Part shown: in pieces, positions 29,901 through 39,329 of the stretch
Position numbering within the stretch: the first letter of the stretch is position 1
How the letters are laid out: each line of letters opens with the position of its first letter
NCBI GenBank assembly: GCA_963764165.1
Contig: CAVXRD010000002.1
Coordinates: 736,001 to 800,000 of the forward strand
Direction of reading: 5' to 3'
Source of the DNA: an uncultured Verrucomicrobiae bacterium
Lineage (GTDB): Bacteria > Verrucomicrobiota > Verrucomicrobiia > Limisphaerales > Palsa-1400
Length of the DNA: 64,000 nucleotides
Made by a program: the position numbers and the translations under genes
Notes under the pieces: model-generated
What the model was told of the DNA's origin: nothing
The model's input: only the letters and a program-made list of their open reading frames with translations
Database searches by the model: none

Positions 29901-32406
29901 CCGAGACGCCGCAGGACACTTGACGGCGCTGACCAACGCGGCGCAAACCGAGTCTTTCACCTACAACGGCCTGGATGAGCTTGCCAGCCTGACGGATGGC
30001 AACGGCCACACCACTTCGTGGACCTACAATCAGTACGGCTGGCTGACCAACAAAGGCACGGCTGCGAATGCCCATTTTGGATCTTACGGTTATGACTCGA
30101 ACGGAAGAATGACCAGCCGCTCGCAGGGCGGCGCGAACACCAGCATAACCTATGACGCGGTCGGCAATAGGACGTGCATCTTTTCGACCGATGGCTACAC
30201 CGACTTCAACGGGTTCACGAATTTGTATTACTACGACGCCGTCCATGAGCTGACCAACATGGTTGATGCATCCGGCACGACTGCCTTTACGTGGACAGCT
30301 ATGGGGCACTTGGCCAGCGAGTCTTCGCCTTGGGGAAGCGGGACCATGACCTACGGCTATAATCAGGGCCACCGCACCAATTTGTCGCTCTCTCAGCCCT
30401 CCGGATCGTGGTCGCAAAGTTACAGCTATGACAGTTCATGGCGAATGACCGGCATCGCCTCGCCTGCGGGCAGCTTCGGTTACAGTTATCCCGCGGGTGC
30501 CAATCAATATCAAGTCGGCGGCATATCCTTGCCCAATGGCGCGTCCATTGCGAACAGTTACGACAACCTCAGCCGCCTGACCAGCACTGCTCTGGCCGAC
30601 CATTGGGGCCATGTGCTGGATGGTTACGCCTACGGCTTGGACACGATGGGTTTGCGCACCAACATGACCCGGCAATTGGGCATGGCCACCAACAGCGTGA
30701 CCATCGGCTACGACGGGATTTCCGAATTGACCAGTTGGGCCGGCAAGGAGAGCAGCGGCCAGCCCCGGTTGAACGAGCAACTCCATTATGGCTACGACGC
30801 GGCGGGAAACATGCTCTATCGAAGCAACAATTGGACTTATTTGTCCATTGGCGGCTACAACAATATCAATGAGCCAAGCAATTACGCCGTTTATGGCAGC
30901 TTTACCGCCACTGGATCCCTGAGCGCGCCCGCCACCAATGTCACCGTCAATGGTTATGCCGCCGAGATTTACTCCGATCTGACCTTTGCCAACACCAATG
31001 TTGCCGTTGACTATGGCTACCCGATTTATTTCACCAATGTAGCCCAAAACATCTACGGCAGCAAAACGACCAATCAATACGACGTCAATTGGGTCACGGC
31101 GTTTGGTTACAATCCGGATGGCTCCACTGAAGGCGCGGGCGGAACGGAATTATTCTATGATTCGCTGGGCCGCGCGACCGACATCTCGGCTTACAGCGGA
31201 CCGACCTTGATCGATAATCGATTGACCCTGGACGGGCTGGGCCGCCTTCGGAGCGTTCAGCAATGGCAATTGGTCTATGAGGGGCCAGATGAGGGCAACA
31301 CGTGGGTCTACAGCAACGAAGTCCGCTACATCTATGACGGAATGACCGTGGTGCAGGAGCGGGATTCCAACAACGTGCCGCTGGTCACCTACACGCGCGG
31401 CCTGGACATGAGCGAAAGCCTGCAAGGCGCCGGCGGCATAGGAGGATTGCTGGCCCGGACTGACAGCAACGGCCCTGCCTTCTATCACGCCGACGGCAAC
31501 GGCAACATTACCGCGCTCATGGACAGCTACCAGCGCATCGCGGCCCGCTACGAGTATGACCCGTATGGACGGCTGCTGGGCAAATGGGGCCGCCTGGCGG
31601 ACGCCAACACCTACCGGTTTTCGAGCAAAGAGTATTTTCCAAACACCGGCTTATATAACTTTGGCTTCCGGTTTTACATGCCAGAAATGGCGCGCTGGCT
31701 GAATCGCGATCCGATTCAGGAAGCGGGAGGAGTTAATCTTTACGGCTTCGTGGGAAACAACCCGGTGAACGTAGTTGACCCGTATGGCTTGGACTTCTGG
31801 CAAAGCCAGTATTCCGTAGTTTATCAAGGGCCGCCTATTTCCAGCTACTCGGGTAGCGACTTTGCTGACGCTATTGACGACGTGACGAGCGCCGCAGTTC
31901 AAAGTTCGGAAAGCACCAGCACCACCGGGAACTTCATGGCGTATATGACCCAATCAGTAGCTTCCGGGCTGGCTGATATGCTCCGGTTGGGACAGGGAAC
32001 GGCGGACGCGACCTCAGCAAATAACGGCTGGGATCAAGCCATCGGAATCGCTCAAGACGTGGTCCGGGCCACTGGACTTTTTGACCTTCTCGGTGGCCTA
32101 GGCATAGGAGCTCTTCCGAAGCCCTGTAACCTTCACCGTCCCTATATTCGGCAAGGGGTTATGGACGACGTAAAAGCTCGTGCGCCGCGAGCCCCAGATG
32201 GCCGGTTTATTGATCCGAATACGCTGCAACCGACCGATGATCCTGTATTGGGTCACAAACCTGGATATGAGTTTTGGCGGTTGAAGGCAGCAGCAGAGGC
32301 GGAAAATGTTTCCCAACAGATGTTTAATGAGACGCTAAACAATCCCGAATTTTACCAGATTGAAGACAAAGCGGTCAATGCAAGCCACCAATATGAACAA
32401 CCGTAA
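26926..32406 (+). CDS. Full-length Rhs/YD-repeat polymorphic toxin with Sec signal peptide and C-terminal GH-E (HNH-fold) nuclease
   Basis: Signal peptide MKATKAKLASLIL...AFA; many YD repeats; Rhs core (GAGGIGGLLA, YEYDPYG, RWLNRDPI.E.GG.NLY.FV.NNPVN.VDPYGL); tip LGHKPGYE...NNPEFYQIE...NASHQYE. Confidence 0.92.
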   Translation: MKATKAKLASLILVIFAMLMGLHSQRAFAGACTCARFNSSKDFGCRRSAGDTGARPSGVSGNGGNNCVCSNCTGMPRWSVSEPYLNLHVGDEPLSYMTSSGQKLAFRWNLVQPTGEGYSLPLVDQVPDLASSWPSWPSAYFGCNVRLNNELIPPFYESYAAADYLNDVYSSVVWYPSPVWTHNFMSEIIFWDSNWETNNTTNAVFQNGYQALALDPSGGCYYFTKNVTNQTLNPATLLTNAQTGIILQPLSSNGYPTATTNAEWSGVAWGNSSNGFQLVYPDGSKDVYGLAFYAPGLLELSFPSGNYVKSSNSTAYALLTQKVDPAGRVTQIGYEYTNVLAIWPHTNSFNTFRVRYVIDSDGRTNSFVYQTNGAVYPWQVSEVNDPFGRKATFTYGSAGGGDGELPEWDVPGQLYSITDTEGISNSFNYNGVGDGVEELSSITTPYGMTTFKYAFQTEGDTTEGYSMRAIYVSEPEGANQLYAYIHTNNVESSAVAPAVAGWDFDNGASTNGGADVGLFHRNSFYWGRSQAPNLSVYGELGTNLAAAIGNLTASDLKIGRMRHWLLDTDGISITEALSSERDPSPDSAGSIEGQRTWFAYTNTGPADVFTSPNIGCIAQTLPDGTSQYTRYSYYPSGLVGTNEQSCAFPDGSIGELATSFYYNNGNNVDLTEVANSIGQSVNVVYNTRHEPLHITNALGYVTTLAWDSSSGNLTSVVLPTGQSISLTYYPSNTGGVITNTNSFLESVTVQPENRVTTITDYTNALPRIIHATGTAVPDLWITNMWDGLSRLVWAGFQDGTSISNIYTILDLGAHKDRVNNWTTFDYDGLEHLIAVTNALGNATRYGWCSCGSLTSITNALGYVTHLNRDNQDRLISVVFPDTSSLTNQYDLTGRLTNQLDGLGNWRRYMYNIQDQVVQVQNSAGQIYGAAYDPAGRVVLATNANGVVVSNSFDLLNRLTERRWLAGSNIYFLYSSNGLIAFTNQDGHWTHFGRDAAGHLTALTNAAQTESFTYNGLDELASLTDGNGHTTSWTYNQYGWLTNKGTAANAHFGSYGYDSNGRMTSRSQGGANTSITYDAVGNRTCIFSTDGYTDFNGFTNLYYYDAVHELTNMVDASGTTAFTWTAMGHLASESSPWGSGTMTYGYNQGHRTNLSLSQPSGSWSQSYSYDSSWRMTGIASPAGSFGYSYPAGANQYQVGGISLPNGASIANSYDNLSRLTSTALADHWGHVLDGYAYGLDTMGLRTNMTRQLGMATNSVTIGYDGISELTSWAGKESSGQPRLNEQLHYGYDAAGNMLYRSNNWTYLSIGGYNNINEPSNYAVYGSFTATGSLSAPATNVTVNGYAAEIYSDLTFANTNVAVDYGYPIYFTNVAQNIYGSKTTNQYDVNWVTAFGYNPDGSTEGAGGTELFYDSLGRATDISAYSGPTLIDNRLTLDGLGRLRSVQQWQLVYEGPDEGNTWVYSNEVRYIYDGMTVVQERDSNNVPLVTYTRGLDMSESLQGAGGIGGLLARTDSNGPAFYHADGNGNITALMDSYQRIAARYEYDPYGRLLGKWGRLADANTYRFSSKEYFPNTGLYNFGFRFYMPEMARWLNRDPIQEAGGVNLYGFVGNNPVNVVDPYGLDFWQSQYSVVYQGPPISSYSGSDFADAIDDVTSAAVQSSESTSTTGNFMAYMTQSVASGLADMLRLGQGTADATSANNGWDQAIGIAQDVVRATGLFDLLGGLGIGALPKPCNLHRPYIRQGVMDDVKARAPRAPDGRFIDPNTLQPTDDPVLGHKPGYEFWRLKAAAEAENVSQQMFNETLNNPEFYQIEDKAVNASHQYEQP

Positions 32407-32902
32407 ATCACAACATGAATTTCAAACTAACCATAATCTTCTCGCAGCCGTCGAAAAGAACGACATTCCAACAGTGCGACAACTGCTTGAAGCTGGCTAC
32501 GACGCAAACGAGAGAGATCGGGGGATGAGCACGCCTCTCATGAGAGCTGCCTTTCACGGATACAGTGACCTATTAACATTATTGCTTGGCTTTGGAGCAG
32601 ACGCGAATTTGGTAGACAAACTGGGCAAGACAGCCCTGCACTACGCGGCTCAGGAACAACACGAAACCGCAACCAAGATCCTTCTGGATGGCGGTGCCCC
32701 GCTAAACGCTCAAGACAATTACGGCAATGCCCCTCTGCACAACGCAGTTTATTATTCGCTCGGTCGCGGAGCAACAATTAGATTGCTCCGTGAGCGTGGT
32801 GCTAATGAAAACCTACAAAATGGCAGCGGCGTTACCCCGCTTGACCTTGCCAAAACGATCGCCAATTACGACGTGCTTCAGCATTTTGGTAACAAGAAGT
32901 AA
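32393..32902 (+). CDS. Ankyrin-repeat immunity protein (cognate to the GH-E toxin)
   Basis: TPLMRAA, GKTALHYAA, GNAPLHNAV, GVTPLDLA repeats; overlaps the toxin stop. Confidence 0.9.
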   Translation: MNNRKSQHEFQTNHNLLAAVEKNDIPTVRQLLEAGYDANERDRGMSTPLMRAAFHGYSDLLTLLLGFGADANLVDKLGKTALHYAAQEQHETATKILLDGGAPLNAQDNYGNAPLHNAVYYSLGRGATIRLLRERGANENLQNGSGVTPLDLAKTIANYDVLQHFGNKK

Positions 32903-32907
32903 TAAGT

Positions 32908-33288
32908 GAACTGTACGAGCCAACCATAGCACGCGAGGTGCCATGAAAATGAACGCTGGCGCAGCATCCTCCTTCGCCAAGGCTGCGGCGGGACAAGTCT
33001 CGGCTGCGAAACACATCTGCGATTGCATGAAAGCTCACCTACGTCAGACTGAACACCCAAACCCCTTGCCCCCTCGTGGCGCTGTCTCGGTTAACCATGG
33101 GCTTTTCACTCTCGGTGCCCGGATTGTCTTCGGTAATGGATACGACTGCCCCAGCTATGTCGAACAACATCGTGCCGGATTGCAATGCGCGGCGCAACTG
33201 ATAAGCTTTTCGCCGCATGATTTGGCGCGTCATCATGTTCTGGTTATTGGCGGCATTTTCCGCCGTGGCCGATTTGCCGCGTCACTCC
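32908..33288 (+). repeat. Inter-cassette repeat copy 1 (promoter-like motif + signal-peptide start)
   Basis: Starts GAACTGTACGAGCCAACCAT just after the immunity stop; TTGCAA-N16-TAAGCT-N9-ATG; encodes MIWRVIMFWLLAAFSAVADLPRHS. Confidence 0.9.
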
Positions 33289-35712
33289 TCTCTTGGCTCT
33301 CTTCAAGTCGAGCAGTTCGCCTATAACGGGTTGGATGAACTGAACCTTCTCGCGGATGGCAACAGCCACACCACCTCGTGGGCATTTAATCAATACGGCT
33401 GGCGCATAGGAAAGACAAATGCCACCGGGACAAACATCATCAATTACACTCGCGATGCCAATGGCCGGGTGACAAATCGTTGGATGATGGGCACCAACAC
33501 CGGTTACAAGCTGGACGCGGTTGGCAACGTCACCAACATCGTCTATCCCGCCACCAACATTGCGATCGGGTATGACGCCGTCAACCGGCCAACCAACATG
33601 ATGGACATTTCGGGCACGGCTTCGTTTACCTGGACGCCGACCAGCCACTTAGCCAGCGAAACGGGGCTGTGGGCCAGCGATACCACCAGCTACGGATACA
33701 GCCAGGGCCACCGCACCAACCTGAACCTTTCCCAACCCTCCGGCTCATGGAACCAAACTTATCTCTACGACGCCGCCTGGCGCATGACTGGGATTGGTTC
33801 GCCCGCTGGAAGTTTCACATATCAATACGCTAGCGGGGCCAATCAATACAGGGTTGGCGGCATTCTTCTTCCCAACGGCGCGAGCATCGTCAACCAGTAT
33901 GACAACCTGAGCCGGCTGACCAACACGGCACTCCTCGATCATTGGGGCCATGTGCTGGATGGTTACGTTTATGGCTTGGACGCCCTCGGGCAAAAGACGA
34001 ACCTTACCCGCCAGCTTGGGCTATCTACAAACAATGTGGCGGCGGGTTACGACGCCATCGGCCAAATAACGAATTGGGCGGGAAAGGAAGCTGGCGGCGC
34101 GAATCGCCAGAACGAGCAGATGGCCTACGGTTACGATCTGGCCGACAACCTGATTTCCCGCACCAACAACGCGCTGGTGCAAACGTTCACGGTGGATTCG
34201 TTGAATCAGTTAAACAACGTGTCTCGCAGCGGCACCTTCACCGTGAGCGGCGCATTGCCTGCTCCACCCGCCAGCGTCACGGTCAACGGAGCCGCCGCGC
34301 AAACCAACGGAGACTTCACCTTTGCCGCGACCAACAACACGCTGGCCAATGGCAATAACACCTTCACCATCATTGCCGAAAATATTTATGGCACCAATGT
34401 GACCAACGTTCTCTCGGTGAATCTGCCCGCCACCGTCACATTTCAATACGACGCCAACGGAAATTTAACTAGCGACGGAACAAGAACATTCCAATACGAC
34501 GCGGAAAACCAACTGACCAACGTCAATGTGAGCGGCCAATGGCAGGTTGGCTACGTATATGACGGCTTGGGGCGTCGGCGCATCCGCCGGGCTTACGCGT
34601 GGCAAAGCGGCTGGTCGCTCACCAACGAAACCCGCTACATTTACGACGGCCCCTTGGTCATTCAGGAGCGCGACACTAACAATAACATCCTAGTCACTTA
34701 CACTCGCGGACTGGACTTGAGCGGCAGCTTGTTTGGGGCGGGAGGGATCGGGGGATTGCTGGCCCGCACCGACACGAATGGCACGCTGTATTATCACTGC
34801 GATGGCGGTGGAAACATCACCGCGTTGATGGACGAATACCAGAGGATCGTCGCCCGCTACGAGTATGATGCCTACGGGCGGCTGATCGGCATGTGGGGTT
34901 CGCTGGCCTCAGCCAACACCTATCGCTTTTCGAGCAAGGAATACGACGCGCTGTCGGGCCTCTACTACTACGGACACCGCTATTACGACCCCGCGCTGCA
35001 AAGGTGGCCAAATCCCGACCCGATTGGAGAGGCGGGAGGGATTAATCTTTACCGAGCTATGAGAAATAATCCAATGCGGTGGGTTGATCCGTTTGGATTG
35101 GACAACATGTACAACATGGCTGCTGGTAACAACGCCCCTCCTTCAATGGTCGTTTCGGCCAATCCATCTCTCGGCGAAGCACCTACGGTGACCTATCAAG
35201 GAAGTCAAGGGGATCTTTTCCTGATAGGTGAATTTAGCACGGCTGCCGGAACCGTGGCCGCAGCCTCTATCATGGGGCTTATCGCGGGCGGCGTTCCACC
35301 AGACCAAGCCATTATGCTTGTAGAGCAAGCGTATGAAAAACTAGTTAACAATGCGTCCCCGCAGCCATCTCAGAACAATTGCCCTAATAATACTTCGCCG
35401 ATTAAAACCCCGCTAATGGGAATGGCGAAACCTAACAATGGTGGAGGGCCACCACATGGAGGGAGTCTTCATGATCAAATGATAAACGATTTTATTGACA
35501 ACCTTCCGGACGAGGCGGATAATATCAGGAAAAATCAGCAGCAAGTGGACTTTTTCGGTAATCCCGTCGGCAACAATAGGCCGGACGTTCAATATGATTT
35601 GGATGGCGTGCATTATAACATCGAATTCGATATGAATTGGATGAAAAGCATTACGCATTTTGATGAAATATTTGAGAATGACTCGGTAAGTTCAATCGAA
35701 ATCCACTTTTAA
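33217..35712 (+). CDS. Orphan Rhs toxin 1: repeat-derived signal peptide + truncated Rhs + putative REase-fold (PD-(D/E)xK-like) toxin tip
   Basis: Body homologous to the main Rhs from F.YNGLDEL onward; core ends PMRWVDPFGL; tip NQQQVD..G..VGNNRPDVQY...IEFD. Confidence 0.85.
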   Translation: MIWRVIMFWLLAAFSAVADLPRHSSLGSLQVEQFAYNGLDELNLLADGNSHTTSWAFNQYGWRIGKTNATGTNIINYTRDANGRVTNRWMMGTNTGYKLDAVGNVTNIVYPATNIAIGYDAVNRPTNMMDISGTASFTWTPTSHLASETGLWASDTTSYGYSQGHRTNLNLSQPSGSWNQTYLYDAAWRMTGIGSPAGSFTYQYASGANQYRVGGILLPNGASIVNQYDNLSRLTNTALLDHWGHVLDGYVYGLDALGQKTNLTRQLGLSTNNVAAGYDAIGQITNWAGKEAGGANRQNEQMAYGYDLADNLISRTNNALVQTFTVDSLNQLNNVSRSGTFTVSGALPAPPASVTVNGAAAQTNGDFTFAATNNTLANGNNTFTIIAENIYGTNVTNVLSVNLPATVTFQYDANGNLTSDGTRTFQYDAENQLTNVNVSGQWQVGYVYDGLGRRRIRRAYAWQSGWSLTNETRYIYDGPLVIQERDTNNNILVTYTRGLDLSGSLFGAGGIGGLLARTDTNGTLYYHCDGGGNITALMDEYQRIVARYEYDAYGRLIGMWGSLASANTYRFSSKEYDALSGLYYYGHRYYDPALQRWPNPDPIGEAGGINLYRAMRNNPMRWVDPFGLDNMYNMAAGNNAPPSMVVSANPSLGEAPTVTYQGSQGDLFLIGEFSTAAGTVAAASIMGLIAGGVPPDQAIMLVEQAYEKLVNNASPQPSQNNCPNNTSPIKTPLMGMAKPNNGGGPPHGGSLHDQMINDFIDNLPDEADNIRKNQQQVDFFGNPVGNNRPDVQYDLDGVHYNIEFDMNWMKSITHFDEIFENDSVSSIEIHF

Positions 35713-35722
35713 AGAGGTAAAT

Positions 35723-36343
35723 ATGTTTAACGGCTTTGAGGCTATACCAATTAATTGTCTTTGGGCAGAACCAGATAGCCTGATGGAATTTATTAGAGTA
35801 ATGAAATTAGAGAGTGGCTCTGAATGGAGCTTTGAGAAAAAGCCTTTAGATTTAAATAGTATCTACATTTCAGCTCCGCCTAAAGGCGGCGCGCACCTAC
35901 CGCGCTTTGCGGTTTGGCAGCCTAGCTGCATGTCGTTCGGCTCCGTTTTGATTGCTAATCACGAAGACGGACTTATTCAAACGATGCGGCATCTAAACAA
36001 AAGGCACGCAATTCCGTACTTTTCTGCCTTTCTCTCCCGCAATCATAGAAAGCAAGGCTTCTGCTATTTCGAGTATAGGGGCGAATCTCGGTCAGACCGG
36101 GTGGTATACGTCATACGCGACCCGAGATGGAAGTTCTTCGAAAAGGGCGGGAGGCTACCTTTTGAAAATCCTGAACGCTATGGGGCGAAGCGGATCGCAG
36201 ATCGCCTTACACCGTCCATTTTGGTCGAATATTTGAAGTCGCTCCATTGGAATCTCGAATCAGAAGATTTTTGGAAAAGCAAAAAGGACGCTTGGCTTGG
36301 ACGACGACTAAGCTTTAAAAGAGGACCGGTCGACATCCCATAA
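35723..36343 (+). CDS. Putative immunity protein for orphan toxin 1
   Basis: 206-aa lower-GC ORF 10 nt after the toxin stop, with GAGG RBS. Confidence 0.75.
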   Translation: MFNGFEAIPINCLWAEPDSLMEFIRVMKLESGSEWSFEKKPLDLNSIYISAPPKGGAHLPRFAVWQPSCMSFGSVLIANHEDGLIQTMRHLNKRHAIPYFSAFLSRNHRKQGFCYFEYRGESRSDRVVYVIRDPRWKFFEKGGRLPFENPERYGAKRIADRLTPSILVEYLKSLHWNLESEDFWKSKKDAWLGRRLSFKRGPVDIP

Positions 36344-36351
36344 AATAAACG

Positions 36352-36768
36352 GAACTGTACGAGCCAACCATAGCACGCGGGGTGCCATGAAAACGAACGC
36401 TGGCGCAGCATCCTCCTTCGCCAAGGCTACGGCGGGACAAGTCTCGGCTACGAAACACATCCCCAATTGGATGAAAGCTCGCCTACATCAAACTGAACAC
36501 CCAACCCGCCGTCGCTGCGCTATGGCGCGGCAAGACGCCTGCCCACCTCGTGGCGCTGGTTCCCTCGCCAAAGCTTTAGCGGCGGCGGGTGCCGGTCAAC
36601 CAAGGGCATTGTCGGAGGTTTTTCACTCTCGGTGCCCGGATCCTCTTCGGTAATGGATGCGACTGCTCCAGCTATGTCCGTAAGCATCATGCTGGATTGC
36701 AATGCGCGGTGCACCCGCTAAACTCAACTCCGCATGATATGGCGCGTCATTTTCTGCTGGCTGCTGGC
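36352..36768 (+). repeat. Inter-cassette repeat copy 2
   Basis: Same 5' boundary; TTGCAA(36697)-N16-TAAACT-N9-ATG(36734); encodes MIWRVIFCWLLA. Confidence 0.9.
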
Positions 36769-36844
36769 GCTGCATTCGCAGCGCGCCTTTGCGGGCGCAT
36801 GCACGGAAAGGGGTCGCACATAACCACATATTTTGCGATTGACT
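36734..36844 (+). pseudogene. Collapsed Rhs remnant (repeat leader fused to a piece of the main Rhs signal peptide, then deleted)
   Basis: MIWRVIFCWLLA-LHSQRAFAGACT-ERGRT*; 36769-36805 is 36/37 identical to 26988-27024. Confidence 0.65.
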
Positions 36845-36926
36845 GATCGAGAATGCAGCCGCAGCCTGCCATTCGCATAGCCGAGGATCACGCAATATGC
36901 TATTAAGTGGAACTGCCCCCTTTCTT

Positions 36927-37223
36927 ATGAATAATAGAAAAGAAGAGGTATTAGTGGCACTTCAGCAAGCGCTACTGGGCGAGGTTAGTGCTCGCTTGCG
37001 GGCGGTCACGGTTACTTACAACGAGACAAGCGTGCACTTTGATTGTTATTACGATGGAGAAATTGCCGAGGACGACCTGGAGTCAATGTCATGTGTGGAA
37101 GGTGAACTAATTGCTTGGTTTCCAGAAACCCATAAGGTTACATATCAGGTACATCGAAAAGATTATCCGACTTTGGTTCCTAAGGACAAAGTGTGCGCGT
37201 TTTATCGAAAGGAGCCTCTTTAA
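36927..37223 (+). CDS. Orphan immunity-like protein (no intact cognate toxin)
   Basis: 98-aa lower-GC ORF in the immunity position; ALLGEV...LRAV, YYDGEI.E.D.E...C.E.E. Confidence 0.75.
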   Translation: MNNRKEEVLVALQQALLGEVSARLRAVTVTYNETSVHFDCYYDGEIAEDDLESMSCVEGELIAWFPETHKVTYQVHRKDYPTLVPKDKVCAFYRKEPL

Positions 37224-37231
37224 GTGAATTT

Positions 37232-37574
37232 GAACTGTACGAGCCAACCATGGCACGCGAGGTGCCAAGGAAAAACGATTTGGCGCATGGAACAGCTTGT
37301 CGGCTACGAAACATATCCGGAATTGGATGAAAGCTCGCCCACCGCGTAGTGTTGTCCCGGTCAACCAGAGGCACCGTCGGAGGTTTTTTCACTCTCGGTG
37401 CCCGGATGGTCTTCGGTAATGGATGCGACTGCTCCAGCTATGTCGACCGACATCATGCCGGATTGCAATGCGCGGCGCAACTGTTAAACTTCTCACCGCA
37501 TGATTTGGCGCGTCATTTTCTGCTGGCTGCTGGCGACAACGTTCGCCCATGCCAGCCTTCCGCGCCATTCTGCC
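37232..37574 (+). repeat. Inter-cassette repeat copy 3 (shortest)
   Basis: Same 5' boundary; TTGCAA(37463)-N16-TAAACT-N9-ATG(37500); encodes MIWRVIFCWLLATTFAHASLPRHSA. Confidence 0.9.
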
Positions 37575-39329
37575 ATGGGCTTGCGCACGAACATGACCCG
37601 GCAATTGGGCATGGCCATCAACAGCATCGCCATTGGTTACGACGGGATTTCTGAAGTGACCAGTTGGATCGGAAAGGAGACCACCGGACAGCCGCGCTGG
37701 AACGAACAGATCCATTACAGCTACGACGCGGCGGGAAACATGCTCTATCGAAGCAACAACTGGACTGTCCTTTCGATTGGCTCCTACAACAACATTAATG
37801 AGCCGAGCGATTATGTCACTTCCGGTTCATTTACCGCCGTCGGTTCCCTGAGCGCGCCCGCCACCAACGTCACCATCAACGGCTACGCCGCCGAGGTCTA
37901 CTCCGACCTGACCTTCGCGAATACGAATATTGCCATTGATTATTACCAGACCGGTTATTTCACCAACGTCGCCCAAAACATCTACGGACTCAAAACGACC
38001 AACCAATACGCCGTCACTTGGATCAATCCATTTGATTACAATCCAGACGGCTCGACGGACGGCGCCTCGTCGATTTATTTCACCTATGATGAGTTTGGCC
38101 ATGTGGCCGACATCTCCTATGGGGACGCATCCGGCTACCACTACGCGCAATTGACCTGGGATGGCCTGGGCCGGTGCCGCAGTGTGCAGTATTATACCTT
38201 GACCAACGATTCCACTGGCAACTGGTGGGTGGGGCCGTTCAATCAAGTCCGGTATATTTACGACGGAATGGCCGTGGTGCAGGAGCGGGATTCCAACAAC
38301 ACGCCGCTGGTCACCTATACCCGCGGATTGGACATGAGCGGGAGCCTGCAAGGAGCTGGAGGAATAGGCGGATTGCTGGCCCGCACCGACAGCAACGGCC
38401 CGGCTTTCGATCACGCTGATGGGAACGGCAATGTCACCGCCCTCATGGACAGCTACCAGCGCATCGCGGCGCGATATGAATATGACCCGTATGGAAGGCT
38501 GCTGGGCAAATGGGGCCGATTGGCAGATGCCAACACCTACCGGTTTTCGAGCAAGCAATATTTCCAGGCCTTCGGCATGTATAACTTTGACTGCCGCTTT
38601 TACATGCCAGAAATGGCTCGCTGGCCAAATCCAGACCCGATTGGAGAAGCAGGCGGGATTAACCTTTATGGGTTTGTTGGGAACAATCCCGTCAACTTTG
38701 TCGATACTTTTGGCTTAACTACTTATTACCGAGAAACTCCATTCAACCAAGATCAAGCCGGCTCGTATGGGCCATACTCCTTTACTGTCGACGACGGCTC
38801 CGACAACGCAGAATATTCAAGTTGGACCACTGACCCTGAGTTTTTCGGTAACGATGCGATGGAGACGCAGGACGGGATGCTCATGGCTATGGTTGCACCT
38901 ATAGCCGACCCTGTCGGAATGGCCTTTGGCGCGGCCTTTGAATTTCTTTCGAAACCTATCGCGGACGCCCTCGAGTCCCTCGGTTTGCGAAAGCCTCCCA
39001 TTCCAAAAACGCCTAAAGCGTCTCCGTGTCCGGTATCAATTAAACCTGAGCCCAAGATCACCCTTTATCGTCAGGGAAATCCTAACACCGTTTATTCCCC
39101 CACCAGAGCTACATCGTTAAGCAAGAGCCCCGACCTGATGCATTACGATCCGAAAGGCCAGCTTTTGCAATTTGAAATTCCTCAAAGCGTTTACAATCAG
39201 TGGATGAAGGATGGTCTAATTGATACCTACAGCGACCTTCACGCACTCTCAGGAATAATCACATCAGAAGTGAAAGTTTTGCCACCAGCATCTGGACAAC
39301 TGAATCAATATCAAGTTAAACCTCAATGA
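37500..39329 (+). CDS. Orphan Rhs toxin 2: repeat-derived signal peptide + truncated Rhs + putative ADP-ribosyltransferase-like tip
   Basis: From 37575 highly similar to the main Rhs from 30646 (MGLRTNMTRQLGMA...); core ends PVNFVDTFGL; tip TLYR...TSLS...SEV. Confidence 0.85.
   Translation: MIWRVIFCWLLATTFAHASLPRHSAMGLRTNMTRQLGMAINSIAIGYDGISEVTSWIGKETTGQPRWNEQIHYSYDAAGNMLYRSNNWTVLSIGSYNNINEPSDYVTSGSFTAVGSLSAPATNVTINGYAAEVYSDLTFANTNIAIDYYQTGYFTNVAQNIYGLKTTNQYAVTWINPFDYNPDGSTDGASSIYFTYDEFGHVADISYGDASGYHYAQLTWDGLGRCRSVQYYTLTNDSTGNWWVGPFNQVRYIYDGMAVVQERDSNNTPLVTYTRGLDMSGSLQGAGGIGGLLARTDSNGPAFDHADGNGNVTALMDSYQRIAARYEYDPYGRLLGKWGRLADANTYRFSSKQYFQAFGMYNFDCRFYMPEMARWPNPDPIGEAGGINLYGFVGNNPVNFVDTFGLTTYYRETPFNQDQAGSYGPYSFTVDDGSDNAEYSSWTTDPEFFGNDAMETQDGMLMAMVAPIADPVGMAFGAAFEFLSKPIADALESLGLRKPPIPKTPKASPCPVSIKPEPKITLYRQGNPNTVYSPTRATSLSKSPDLMHYDPKGQLLQFEIPQSVYNQWMKDGLIDTYSDLHALSGIITSEVKVLPPASGQLNQYQVKPQ

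Noticed and set aside
32943..33326. ORFs MKMNAGAASS.../MKTNAGAA... inside the repeats (also 36387 and 39689)
   Set aside because: Frame and length differ between copies, copy 3 lacks the start, and REP-like inserts disrupt them; probably not a conserved protein
26926..39329. Diversity-generating retroelement explanation for the similar Rhs segments
   Set aside because: No reverse transcriptase in the window, and the differences are not adenine-specific; ordinary Rhs paralogy explains them
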